Assembly: GCA_043228905.1 (NCBI GenBank) | Contig: JBHGNT010000005.1 | Span: 868,001 to 932,000, forward strand | Direction of reading: 5' to 3' | Length of the DNA: 64,000 bases | From: Azolla caroliniana | Lineage: Eukaryota > Plantae > Polypodiophyta | Shown: positions 50,542 to 63,339 of the stretch, one piece after another | How positions within the stretch are numbered: position 1 is the stretch's first letter | Layout: the number at the start of each line of letters is the position of its first letter | Notes under the pieces: model-generated | What the model saw: the letters and a program-made list of their open reading frames with translations, nothing else | The model's database searches: none | Told to the model about the DNA's origin: nothing | Position numbers and translations under genes: made by a program

Positions 50542-50924
50542 GTCTGCTTCGAGGTCGAGGAAAGATGGCGAGGTAGAGTGGTGATGAGAGTGAGAGCGAG
50601 AGAGAGAGCGTTCCGAACGTGGGGGTTCTCTGAGTGCAGGTTCGCGTTTGCTAAGCTTCCACTGCCTTGGTGCTTCTGTGCGTCTTGGCTCGCGAAAAAA
50701 AAAGGTCTCCATGCGTTCTTCTTTTTCTCTGTGCGTCTTGGCGCCTTTTTCGAGCATGCGCACGTCGTGTACCAATTTAGTATTAAGTAATGTGGCGGCT
50801 CTTAAATGCCCACTACGTACCTTTTCGCTCCTTGCTTTCTCGTCCGTTCATACCTCGATTTTTAATGATTGCTTTTTTTTCTTTTTTTTTTTCTTTTTTT
50901 TTCTTTTAATGACGGTATGTGATC

Positions 50925-53900
50925 TTACACATCCGTAAGTCCCTTCGGACCCTTACCGTTTTCCTTACGGGTTGCCGTGTCTTCCTTCGCCTCTGCTACG
51001 GGTTCCCCGTCGTCTTTTTCTTCCATCCGTACCGTTCTCGGACAGGTTCCCGGTATAGTGCCGGTGGGCTGCATAAACGGGTTACTTGGCATCGGTCCTT
51101 TATAGGGCTTTAGTCTAAATCCGTTGACCCACTTGCCTAGCACTTCACCGGCAAGTGTCCCTAACTGATAGGACCTGTTGTATTCCCGTGTCAGCCAATA
51201 CAGGCCTGTCCATCTAAACCGGAGTTTACCCGGCATCTTGCCCATCCTCGTTTGGAATACTAGCACCGGCTTTCCGATTTCGAACATCTTCTCATTACCT
51301 TTTCGGTGACGGTCAACGAACGCTTTCCGTCGTCGTTGCTCCAGTTCCATGTGTAGGATGCTGGCCAGCCGTTGCTCCTCCAGTTCGCATAGTGCTGCTA
51401 GCCGCATTTCCTCCGACTCCTTTTCATTCAGCCGTTCCCGTAGTTGGATCCGTAAGCTTGGTACCTGAAATTCCACCGGCATGACCGCCTCTAAGCCGAA
51501 CGCTAACCGGAACGGCGTTGTCCGGATACTTGTTTTGTATGCCGTTCGGTACGCCCATAGCGCGCTATGGAGCTTTGTATCCCAGTCCGTCCGGTTTTCA
51601 TTGACGATTTTGCGGAGAATGTTCTGGAGCATTTTGTTGGTTGACTCTGCTAACCCGTTTGCTTGTGGGTAGTACGGTGTGCTCCGTTTATGGACCACGG
51701 CATAGAACGTTGTTAAGCTTTCAACTACCTGGCCGAGGAAGTGCCCTCCTTGGTCGCTGATTAATTCAATCGGACATCCATATCGGCACCAAATGTTCTC
51801 GTACAGGAATTTTGCTGTGGATGACGCGGTGTTGTCTCTCAAGGCCTTAGCCTCCACCCATTTAGTGCAATAATCTGTTGCCACGATGACATAACGATTA
51901 CCTGTTCTCATTGCCGGTGGCTTGAACGGTCCGACAAAATCCAACCCCCACTTCTGGAATGGCTCTAGTGGAAGTACCGGTTGGTGTGGCATACGTGCTT
52001 GCTCCGTAGGCTGGCCCATTCGTTGGCATAGGTCACATTCCTTAGCATACTTGACGGCGTCTTTTAACGTCGTGGGCCACCATAAGCCGCTCTGCCATAC
52101 TTTCCTTGCCGTCGCTTCCCCGGCATAGTGTCCTCCGGCAACCCCACAGTGTGCTTCCCGTAAGATTACTTGTTTCTCGTCACTACGGACTGCCCGTCTC
52201 CATATTCCATCTGCTCCCTTGTGGTAGAGAGTGTCCCGTAGTAGACAGAAATTGTGGCTCTGCACCGCCAGTCGTTTCCTCTCGTCCCGGTTCATTTCCT
52301 CCGGTGGCAGGCCCGTGCTTAGGAACTGGTGCATGTTTGTCAGCCACCTATCTTCTGATGCCACCGTGTCGTCCGCTGCCGTTTCCGGGGTGATACGGAA
52401 TAACTCTGCGTCCGGGAATTCATCCGATACTCCGTCGCCTGATTCTCCGGACTCTAACCGGCTCAGGTAGTCTGCTACGGCATGCTGGATACCGGGCCGG
52501 TGGAAGATCTCGAATTCGAACTCCTGCAACAGCAAGGTCCAACGGGCCAACTTACCGGTCAGGGACGCCTTAGACACTAAGTACAGGAGCGCCGAGTGAT
52601 CCACATGAAAGGAGAACTTCCTTCCCAATAGGTAATGACGAAACTTTGTTACACTGTAGATCATGCCCAGGGCCTCCCGTTCCGTAGTCGAATAGTTCCT
52701 CTCCGCTTGGGACAGCTTCCGGCTGGCGTAATATACTGGCCGGTACCATTTAGGCTCTGTAAGTTGCATTAAGGCGCTGCCGATAGCGATGTCGGAAGCG
52801 TCCACGAACACATGAAATTCCTTGCTCCAATCCGGAGGCTGCACGACGGGTGCTTGCGACAAAAGTACCTTCAGGGCATTGTATGCCTTATCCTCCGTAT
52901 CCGTCCATTGGAACGGTGTCCGATGTACCGCGGTGTGTAATGGTGTAGCCAAGTCAGCCAAGTGACGGAGCATCCGGCTGTGCCACCGGATCTGTCCTAA
53001 GAATCGGCTTAGTGCTTTGGCCGTTTTCGGCGCCGGTGCCCCTAGTATCGCGTTTACTTTGTCCGGGTCGACCGCAATGCCCTCCTTACTTACAATGTGT
53101 CCCAGTAAGATTCCACTTGAAACCCCAAAGATGCATTTTGCTGGGTTTAAGCTTAGCCGGTATAACCTACACTTTTCAAGGCATAACCGTAGGTGCTGCA
53201 AATGGTCTTTTTCCCGGCTATAGACTGCAAAGTCATCCAGGAAAACCTGCATGAAGGCTGGAATGGATTCGACGAAGATCTCCATGATGATTCGCTGGAA
53301 AGTTGCTGGTGCCGTTTTTAGTCCGAACATCATTACTACGGCCACAAACACCCCCCATTCGGTGACGAACGTTGTCTTCTCCTGGTCGTTAGGGTGCATC
53401 CGGATTTGATTGTATCCGCTGAACCCGTCTAAAAAGCTATAAACTTCATGGCCGGCGACGGCATCCAGTACTCCATCCGTGAACGGAAGAGGGAATGCAT
53501 CCGTAATTGTGGCTGCATTTAGTTTCCTGTAATCTACACACAAGCGGATTTTACCGTTCTTCTTTGGGACGACGACGATGGGGCTCAGCCACGTCGCTTT
53601 CTTTACCGGTCGGATGAAGCCCACTCTTAGGAGTTTGTCGATTTCCTCCTTCACTTTGGCGGTGTAGTTGGGGTTCATTCGGTAACGTCTTTGCGCCACT
53701 GGTTTCGCGTCCTTGCCTAAGTGGATCTGATGCTGATATAATTGAGGGTCCAGCCCTCGCATGTCTTCGTATGACCAGGCGAATATGTCGCGAAACTCCG
53801 TGAGAAGTTTGATCATTGCCGCTTTATCTTCCGGCTTCATTTCTTTGGCGATGTGTACCGGCTTTGATTCGTCCTTGCTTCCTAGGTTCACTTCGTCGAG

Positions 53901-56807
53901 CTGGGATGTTTTTACCCGTTGGGAAACGGCCATTTCCCGTTCCAACGCTTCCTGTGCTTGCCGTAATTCCCGAATCGAATCTTTGTCTGGTTCGGCTTCG
54001 GTTTCGTCCCGCTGCGGCAAGTATGGCGCTACGGCTTCAGCCACGTCAATCTCGAAAAGTGGTACGATCTTCGGGTGTTCCTCCAAGTACTGGGCTTCTT
54101 CGTCGTCTGCCAACCCTTCAAGCATGTTCACGCATTCCGCATACAGCGGTGTGCATTCCTTACCGTTGCTCGTCCGTGGTTGTGTCGGTACCCGGACCTT
54201 GGCTTTTCCGCGCCGGAAGGTAATCATATTTTTCTGCCAATTTTGCTTGATGTGTGCTGTTTTCAACCATGGTCTGCCCAGCAACAGTGGGTACGCGCCT
54301 TGCGCTTGTAGCTGCAGCACTACAACCGAGATGTGAAATGTGTGACCTCCTATGGTGACTTCCAATTTCCGTATTAAGCCCGTCGGCCGTACAGAGCTCG
54401 TATCCGCCATCCGTAGCCAGAACGGACATGGCTCCCATTCATGTATACCCAAGGCATCACACGTGCGGAGGCTTATTACGTTCACCCCGGAACCTCCATC
54501 GATTACTGTGCCGGGAAGTTCGTGCCCTTTGACAATAGCTGTAATCACCGGACTACTAGTGTCCACCACCGTCGGTCCCTCCTCCGGATTCGAGAAGAGG
54601 ACTGGTGCCGGTGGGGCTATACCGTCTGTCATGGCCGTTTTTAGTCCTTCCGTAAATCGCGGCACGAGCTGCAAGAGTCTTCCTAATGGCAACGTGATCT
54701 GACATTCTTGCAGTACTTGCCATGTCTCGTTTTCTGCGTGGCTACCGCCGGCACTCCCTATGGTAATCGCCTTTTGCCGTTCCGCGTCCGCGACGTTCCT
54801 TTCATTGGCTTCCTTCACCCATTCCGTCGCCTGTTTTCGTATGGCCTCTTGTGTTTCCCACTCTTTGGCCATGCCTTTCGACCGTGTGGTTACTTGCTGT
54901 ACATCCGCCACTTCCGGAACCACCATATTAACTGCTGGTCGTTTATCGTAGCTCTTTGCCGGGCACTAGTTACTGTAGTGGCCTTCCTGCCTGCAGTAGT
55001 AGCAGTACTCTTTACGGGTATTGCTGGATTCAGCATTGCTGGTAGCCGGAGTCGGTCCCGTAGTGAGTGGTGCGTTCTGTGCCGGTTGGCTCCTTGGGGT
55101 TCCATGTTCCGGGTCCCTAGTGTGACCACCTTTCTTGAAATTACGTTTCTTATTATTCTTATTTTTATTTCGGTAGTCCTGTCGTGGTGGATCGTAAAAT
55201 CGGCCGTAGTCCTCCTGGTGCCTTCGGTAACCAGGGGAATGGTCTCTGTCGTATTGCTCGTGTCGTTTGTTGGACTCCCGATAACGGTCCGATCGCTCAT
55301 ACCGGTCGTAGTTATCATGCCGATCCCCGTACCGGCCCTCATTCTCTTGTCTGTCTCCGTACCGGACATCCTGTGCCGGTCGGTACCGGTTCATTCTTTG
55401 CCAACGATCTTCATCTTCGTCTCGGCTGCTTCTTGGCTCGATCCGTCGAACGGGTGGTGCTTGTCGGTTTAGCAGGTTATACTCGCACCGGTCCGTTGTA
55501 TGACTCTTGGATTGACAAATCACACACTGGGTTCGCATGGTGCACTCCACTGTCGAGTGTCCGGCATTCAAGCAGATTGTGCATTGAATTGCCTGCCGGA
55601 ACCGGAGATCTTCATCTATGGGTAACGCCCGTTGCAGTGCTCCCAGTGTAAGCCATGAGCTTGACTTTTCCATTTCTCTGACCCGGTCAATGACCTGGTC
55701 AATGGTGCTTCCTCAAAAGTCGATCACCGTACACACCGTGCGTAACGGTTCCCGGAGTGCGTTTAAAAATATCGTCCGTAATTCCTCCTCCGGGGGTGCA
55801 CGGGTAAGCTGGCTATGTATTCGTTGGAAACGGATGACGAATTGGGGAATGCTTTCCCCTGCCTCCTGTCGGATCGTATAAAACAGGCCCACCATCGTCG
55901 TCTGGTCGACCTCCTTGTGGAAAAAATGCAAGAATTTTGCTTTTAATTCTGCAAAGGTTGTGATGGTTGTCGGGTCCTGCGTCCGCCGCCATCGTGCCGC
56001 TGGTCCTTCCAACGTGACCCCGAATTCCGCTATCTTCGAGCGTTCTTCTTCCTCCGGTGTCAATCGCTGGGACGCGTGATTTGCTTCCCATGTCTGCTCG
56101 AAGGCATGAACATGCGCTTCCGCGTCCGGATCATCGCGATACTTTGAGTATTGGAACGGCATGTCGTCGTCCAGTATTAGGCCGCGGTTTAGTGGCGTTT
56201 GTTGATATCTTTCCGGTTTTCTCTCCGGTTCCACTTCCGGTTCTTTTGCCGGTGCTTTTTCCGGTTCCTCTTCCGGTTCTTTTTCCGGTTCCTTCACCGG
56301 CTCTTCTTCCGGTACCTTCGCCGGCTCTTTCGTTGCTGTCGGTGGCTTTGCTTCTTCCACTTCCGGTGTTGGTGGGTTGACGGCTTCCGTTTGCGGTTCC
56401 GGATAGCCCTGGTCGAACGGTTCCGGTTCTGGAGTCGGCACGGTATCCGACCCGTCATCCTCCGGGCCGCCGGGGGTATCGTTGCTGCTCCGGTAGTTCG
56501 TGTGCACGCTGTATCCCCCGTCGGAATCCGATTCGTAGGCTGAAAAGGCTTCTGCCTCGTTTTCTCCGCTTGCCAGCGCCTCGAGGAGGCGTTCAGTTTC
56601 ACGGAGACTACTTAGACCGCTTCCGTCGTCCTGGTCGCGAGTTTGCTGTAACCGAAGAGATTCCTCCGCGACTCTCCGGATCTCGTTGGAGAACGAACGA
56701 TCCGAGCGAATTTCGTGCGCTGCTTGCTGGAAAGTCTCACGCCGTCTTTGCCGTTCGGCGAGGCGTCGAGCTCGGTCTGTAACCAGGTCGTGCGTTGGTC
56801 TAGTCAT
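50925..56807 (-). pseudogene. pol: gag-pol of K, one frame with two in-frame stops (55713, 54966)
   Basis: Zinc knuckles, PR VIDGGSG, RT FLDGFSGYNQ and VFLDDF, RNase H VDASD, integrase WGLDFVGP. Confidence 0.94.
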
Positions 56808-56844
56808 CCATTAAGCCGTCGTTTGCTGCGAGAAAGCAGGAATC

Positions 56845-56854
56845 GTGGTCGCCA
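56845..56854 (-). promoter_or_regulatory. Short PBS of K, probably tRNA-Arg
   Basis: TGGCGACCAC 6 nt inside the 5' LTR; complementary to a ...GUGGUCGCCA tRNA end. Confidence 0.6.
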
Positions 56855-57761
56855 AAACTGTGTTATTCTCTGACCGGACAAGGCCTAACACAAGGTGTCA
56901 CAGAGACACTTCACCAAAGGGTGGTTACGGCATAGGATTATGACTCAACAATTACACCGACCTAAGTAGGTTACACGATTAGAGCGCTTTTGTTGATTAC
57001 ACGCGTAAGATATAACAGTAAGTACAGAACGGAAATCAACACAAAAGTATAAACACCATACACTCTATTAATTATCCGCTGCAATTACAATGGGGTCAGG
57101 GCCTTTAAATAGGTTTCCGGCCCGTAGTACAAAACGGTGCCTATCGCACCTATTCGGGATCCGTCCGGATCTGGAACGGCATACCGTTTCCAGTCCGTCC
57201 ATCCACACTATGCTTATTTACAACCATACTTAATTAATTCCTTCACTCCGTATTTTGGACTCCTTGCCGGCCGGTAACAGTGTATTAAGATAGAAAAAGA
57301 AAGAGAATGGATATAAGATATGTAATGAGAGCTAAAGACTAGGGTTGATTCAAATTGATTTGAGAATACATGTATGCCCCTATTTATAGGTTCCTATAGA
57401 ATAGCTTAGAGATTTTTATAATGTTCTAGAATGTTCTAGGACATTCTAGAACATTCTGGAATAATTTAGAGTTTTTACAATAATCAATGTAATATAAAAA
57501 GTAGCTTGTATCCTCTCATGTGACAATAAGTTATCTTAATGGTTGAGGTTTTCAATCATGGATTACAAAGTCCTAGGTTCAAGTTCAAGTAACGTCATAA
57601 TGGTCATGTGTTCGGGTAACATTATAAGGTTGGGTTTGTTTGGATAGTGGCGATGGAAGTCGTCGACAAGAGCTTGAGCATTACAAACATTATCGAAAGG
57701 TTAAGTTGTATGACTTAAGGAGTGGATGTAGCCAAATGCGTGTAGCTATGTGTTTTGGACG

Positions 57762-57955
57762 GATCCGGCAACGGCAACCGACGGTAACCAACGGAGCCGA
57801 CGATAACTGACGACGAAGATCGACAGAACTGGCGAGACCGACTGTAACCGGCGAGACCGATGGCGACCAATGACGACGACAACTACCGATGGAGCCGACG
57901 GTAATCGACGACGGTGACAGCGACCGATGGAGCCGACGAAACAACGACCAGACGG
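57762..57955. repeat. Degenerate short tandem repeats (CCGACGGT/GGAGCCGA-like)
   Basis: Recurrent ACCGA, CGACGG and GGAGCCGACG words. Confidence 0.55.
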
Positions 57956-57989
57956 AGAAACGCCTTGTAAAAATACATTAATAATAAAC

Positions 57990-58035
57990 ATATATATATA
58001 TATATATATACATATATATATGTATATATATATAC

Positions 58036-58092
<57 letters not shown>
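57990..58092. repeat. (TA)n microsatellite
   Basis: About 50 units with a few interruptions. Confidence 0.98.
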
Positions 58093-58093
<1 letters not shown>

Positions 58094-58603
58094 TCAAAAG
58101 GAGTGCAAGTGAAGACTTGATCTTTGCACCTCCACGTTGAGATAGACTTACCACTAGGCTATGACATTTCCTTAAAAATATTTTTGTTATCATTGATTCT
58201 CATATTAGAGCTTGATTGAGTGACATGTGATGCATGAGCGCCAAATGGCAAACATGCATCACATGCATTCCATGCATTGTATGCATGACTTGTACCCTCA
58301 CATGCATCATATGCATGGGAGCATCTATAAAAGGATGGATGAAAAAGATCAAAGGTATGCTATGTATGATTCAAGAATTTAAGAAGAAGAAAATTCGTTC
58401 TCCAATTGATGGTGTATCTTGTTTCTTAAACCTAAAGTCAAGGGTCCAATCTTAAGCTCTCTCTCAATCTAAATTCAAGTGTTCTATCTTATCTCAATCT
58501 CTCTCTCTTCCAATCTATCTTAATTCCTTTCTCGCTAAAGCTAGTGCAACTTCAAATCCTTCCGGTCCAGAACCCCGGCGGTTCCGCCTCGTGATCGGCA
58601 CGT

Positions 58604-61600
58604 TGTCGCGTTGTTACGCGCGTGCGTGTAGAAGGGGCGGGACCACCGGGGTCTTGGACTAGGGAGTAGAGGAGAAAGAATAAGACACAAAACGGAAGCT
58701 TATCTCAAGAGGAGGTGAGAAAGAATAAGACAATAACATAGAATAGATGGGGCAAGATGCTCAACAAGTTAGCTTAAGGAAACATAAACGCTTTACAATG
58801 GTGGCCACCATGGCCACACCAAACGACTATGAGAAAACCCTAATGGAAAACCCCAAGAAGAAAACTCTAACCGAAACCCTAAAACCGAATAGGAAACCCC
58901 CGACCTAAGTGGTATGCCTCTCTCCCTCAAAATAGGCAACCCCTTCATAAGTAACCCTTCCCTTCCTTTTATAGCCCAAGGAGGGAGGGAGCTTACAATG
59001 TGGGATAAAATTTCCCCTCTTATTTCTATACACCATTTCCTAGTATACATGTGCACATGGTGCACACCACCGATTTGCCTATTCCACCCCGGTTTCCGCC
59101 TATGGACGAAAATCTTCACGACATCCGCCCCCACCAAACCGCACATCCACCGATATGTGCCAAGAAAGGAAAAGAGGTGAGATTTTTCGGCCATGGTGAT
59201 AAAACTGAGCTCCCCCGTGTCCTCGTTGGCCTTGCTCGGCTTCGTTTTCCATTTCGAGCACGCCCGTCTGAATCGTCGTAGCATCCCGTTCCACTGTATC
59301 CGTCGCACGTCCTCGAGCCGACGGCTCCAACCAATCCACCACGTCCACCGTGTGTCCCCGAAACATCGAGTCCATCCGAACCGCCATATCCACCGCACAC
59401 GCCATTGCCGATCCAGTCACTCTTTCTTTGTCCGCCACGTAGGTCCTCCGATTAGGCCCTTGGTCACACCGTTTGCTCGCCGGATTCCACCCCTTGCGTA
59501 CCGCTTGTGTTCTATCTCCGGCTCGATCCTCTCTTCGTCTCGAACACCTCGTGTCGATTCCCTACGTTCCGCGCTCACCTTTCGTAGGCTCTTTCTATGT
59601 GCCCTTGTTGTCTCCCGAACATGCGCTCGTTCTTCGGTCCCTCGACGACCTCATTACGCGCTCCTCGCTTCTCCTTTGCTCGCCGTACAGCGTATCGTCA
59701 TCCCGACCTCCGTGTCGGTGTCCCTCGAGGCTCTCATTACCGCCTCGCCTCGACTTGCGCTCTCTTGGCCCGCCTGGCCCGCTCGGCCACACACATCCTT
59801 TGGGATGCCCCGTTTGCTCTTCACGGTACGTGACCCTCCTTTGTCCATGCATCCCCTCTGTTTTCCCAGACACAATCTTTCGTTCATGCCGATCACGCTC
59901 GTCTCGTTCCGTCGATCTTGGCGTCTCGTCGCACTGTCCGTCGTCCCGCGCTTGCCTCTCGAAGGCTTCCTCCGACCGTCATCGTCGATCACTCGTTGCA
60001 GATCTTCCAAATGCAAACTTGCTTCTTGGCCCTTCGCCGGCCGTAGTGCATGCTCCGTTTTACGCTGTAGTGCATACTTCGTATTACCCGCCTCATCCAC
60101 CGTAGACCCGACCTCCGCGTTGGTCTCTTCGTCCTTTGTTGCCGTAGCCCATTCCGACTCGGGCTTGCCGTCTTCGCCCCGCTCGTCCATTATTTCATAC
60201 CGGATATCTACACGGGTCTCCAACTCCGCATCGGCCTCTAACTCCTCGCCGGCACCCGCCATCTCTTCGGTCTAATGTTGATCCGCAACCGCCGAAGTCT
60301 CAAGAATAGGTATGGAGGGTTCCCCTTGCTCTCGGTCTTCCGCCAAGCCGTAATCACCGTGCCCGGTTAGCCTCCTTCTCGCGCTCACCGGCTCGTACGC
60401 CTCGGCCTCCAATCATGCCGACATAGCCTTCGCCCGGATTGGTCTCGGCTGATCGAGTTCCAGTTTGGTCGGCTCCCTTTCGTAACCGTAACGGGCCGGT
60501 ACATGTTTGTCCGCACAAATCTGGCCTTGTCGGCTCTTCTTCCGGTCGGGCCAGTTCCCGACTCTCTCCTCTTTGCCACTCCCGACCTGTCCGTCGGTCC
60601 TCTTGTATAAGCCCGTTCCGGGCCTCACATCCTCATCTTCGTATGTGTTCGCTCCGGGCCACGCCTCCTCACGACCACCGCCCTTCTCTCCATTCTTATG
60701 TTGGCATTCGAGCGCAACCGCCGTAGTCTTTGGCCCTGGTGTCGAGGAGTCTCTCCTCCGTCCGCTATGACCTTCCTCGTCGTCGTTTCGATCATCCGTT
60801 TTGCCACCACCACCTTTCGTCTCTCCGGTCTCACGTGGGCTCTCGGGGCCGACCACCGAAGTCTCTAGAATAGGTGTGGGACAAGTCTCGGTACCATCAC
60901 TTGCCAATGTCATGTTTGTAGCCACCTTCGCTCGGACGCCGTGGTCCGTGGTTATCTCGTCCCTGGTTACGCAAGCCTCGGTTATGCTTGCTACCTCCTC
61001 GTCCTCGTCCTCGTCCTCGTCTCGGTTTCCCGCCTTGCCATCGCCACCGCTCGTCACTCTAGGACTCACGCTGGCACTCGGGCCGACCGTCGGAGCCTCT
61101 AGGACCGGTGTGAGTAAGGACCCGCCACCACCGCTGGTTGTGTCCGTAGCCGCCTCCGTCCGGACGTCGTTGTCCGCGGCTACCCCACCTCCGATCGCGT
61201 AAGCCTCGATTACGCTTGCCGCCGTCTCTTCCATATCGTTGTCTCAGTTGCCCTCCTTGTCGTCGCCACCGCCCGTCGCTCTAGGACTCACGCCGGCACT
61301 AAGGCCGACCGCTAGAGCCTCTAGGACCGGTGTGTGTAAGGTCACGGCACCGCCGCTCGTTATGTCCGTAGCCACCTCTATCCGGACGTCGTTGGCCGTG
61401 GTTACCCCGTCTCCGATCGCAGAAGCCTCGATTATGCTTGTCGCCTCCTCTTCCTCGATCTCCTTGTCGTCGTCTTCGTTGCCCACCTTGCCGCTGCCAC
61501 CATTCATCACTCTAGGTCTCACACCGGCTCTCGGGCCGGATGCCGAAGTCTCTAGAATCGGTGTGGGTAAGGACCCGGCACCACCGCTTGTCTCCTCCCC

Positions 61601-62777
61601 ACTCGATGTTTCAGGCCGCCATGTCCCAAATCCGTAGTTACCGGCCTCCATGGCCGTCCCTTCACCACAAGGCAAGAGGGTCGCTTGCTCCGCACCCTCT
61701 TCCATGTCGCCGTCGTACGCTCTTCCGGCCTCCGTATAGGCCCCATCTTCTACGCTTAGGGAGGCTTCTTCCTCCGCATCCTCCGATCGCCTTTGGCCAG
61801 ACTCCATAATAAGCCCTTCTTCGGCTTCGATTTTCCCCTTCACAAGCTCGCATGCCTCCCATATTAGCACTTCTAGGTCGAGCTCCTCCGAACCGTTTTG
61901 CGTTGAGCTCTCTTTCGACGGTAGTGCGTAGTCAATCGCCACTCTCTCTTCTCCGCCACTCGCGGGCCGTGTTGTGGCAGACGGCCTCGCATCATGTTGC
62001 CGGCACACCCATTCCACCTCGGACTACTCCTCGGTGAGACCATGCGTTCCATAATCATCTTGAAGCTCGAATAAGATGTCCATCCTCTCCTCTTGATGGA
62101 TCGTCTTCAAAAATAGGAGGACCGATCTCTGATCTCGCTCCAAGAGTTGAGAGAAATGGTGCTTGAACTCTCGGAATGCATCCATCGCGCTCCGATGGCG
62201 TTCCATCGACGCCACCCATTGGTCCAACTCATGCCGACCTTGCCCCTCTGGTTTCACATACCCGTACGCTTCCAATAGGGCTCCCTCCAAGGACACCCAT
62301 GACTCGTGAGCTTCTCGTAGCTCCTTGACCTCCTTGTGCACCGATACGGCCGCCACTCGCGGAAAATACTCTGGCCTTGTCACTTTGTCCACGCCCTCCT
62401 TCATCATCTCAGCATCGTATGCTTCTAAGAATCTCGGGACATTGTCCCCGTTGAACCGGCCGACTCGATCAACCACCCTTTCGACGGCTTGTTGAGCCGC
62501 ATCTCGCTTTGCCATCTTCCGTCCGGCTTCCATCACGATCTTTGCCATCATCTCCTCGAAGTCGAAGTCTTCTTCCATCTCCATGCTCCCTTGCCGCCCT
62601 TCACGTCGGGTTCACCAAAGATGTCGCGTTGTTACGCGCGTGCGTGTAGAAGGGGCGGGACCACCGGGGTCTTGGACTAGAGAGTAGAGGAGAAAGAATA
62701 AGACACAAAACGGAAGCTTAGCTCAAGAGGAGGTGAGAAAGAATAAGCCAATAACATAGAATAGACAGGGCAAGATG
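58604..62777 (-). mobile_element. Non-autonomous gypsy element F (Trp family); 5' LTR interrupted at 62777
   Basis: 3' LTR 58604-59123, partial 5' LTR 62622-62777, Trp PBS 62600-62617, family PPT. No PR, RT or IN motifs. Confidence 0.9.
59654..62584 (-). pseudogene. Gag N-terminal domain fused to a long acidic repeat tail (about 975 codons, four in-frame stops)
   Basis: RFNGDNVPRFLEAYDAEM aligns with RFSGKDATKYLASYEAEM of A Gag. The successive ORF-track pieces all share one frame. Confidence 0.75.
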
Positions 62778-63339
62778 TGTTAGGAAACAGGTTCCTCCGG
62801 ATGGGAAGTGAGAAGAACAGTGTTGATGAGAATCTCGGCCAAGGCCGAAACTAGATGAAGAGTACCCGGCTACGGAGAACCCGGTGAAAACCGGATGAAG
62901 AGTACCCGGCAAGCGCCGGATGAGGAGTACCCGGCTACGGCAGATCCGGTGCGAACCGGATGAGGAGTACCCAGCTACGGAGGACCCGGTGAGAACCGGA
63001 TGAGGAGTACCCGGCAAGAGCAGAATGATGAAGGCCCGGTGAGAAGTGCTCACCAGATGAAGGGACATATTCGTAAATATGTTTTCTGAGAGTCCATCGG
63101 GGCTATATTTGTAAATACCCAAAAATTCATATTAGTATAAATATGACTTAGGGCAAACTTAGGGAGTTAGTTGTTGTCATTCTTGTTGGCGCAAGATTAG
63201 AGCGCGCAACTGTGTATAGAGAGAGTGAGAGAGAGGAAGAGGTCGTTGCCTCTTATTGTAACCACCGCCTGTGGCGAAGATAGCAAGCTCGAGGTCGTGG
63301 CCTCGGTGCTTTCTTATTGTACATTCTGATATAGAGATA
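62778..63339 (+). mobile_element. Partial LTR related to copia J, inserted in the F LTR
   Basis: TGTTAGGAAACAGGTTCCTCCGGATGGGAAG start, GAGTACCCGGC repeats and TAGTATAAATATG as in J. Confidence 0.85.

Larger units (their letters stand above)
47407..57279 (-). mobile_element. Ty3/gypsy element K (Athila/Tat-like, non-chromovirus) with an extra 3' ORF
   Basis: 419-bp LTRs 47407-47825 and 56861-57279 (about 7 differences), TSD GTGTA, single-frame gag-pol. Confidence 0.95.

Noticed and set aside
54966-54968. gag-pol readthrough stop in K
   Set aside because: The TAG falls inside a CCHC knuckle (HYSN*C) and is best read as a mutated CAG.
47313-57525. Solo LTR (TGTCA...TGACA, with CCTATTTATAGG) split by element K
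   Set aside because: Plausible, but the flanks (TTGTT vs ATAAG) give no TSD and there is no second copy, PBS or PPT in the window.
57746-58193. YIYI-repeat ORFs
   Set aside because: They are translations of the (TA)n microsatellite.
59193-60275. 360-aa plus-strand ORF within F
   Set aside because: Ser/Arg/Pro low-complexity antisense of the minus-strand frame, with no recognisable motif.
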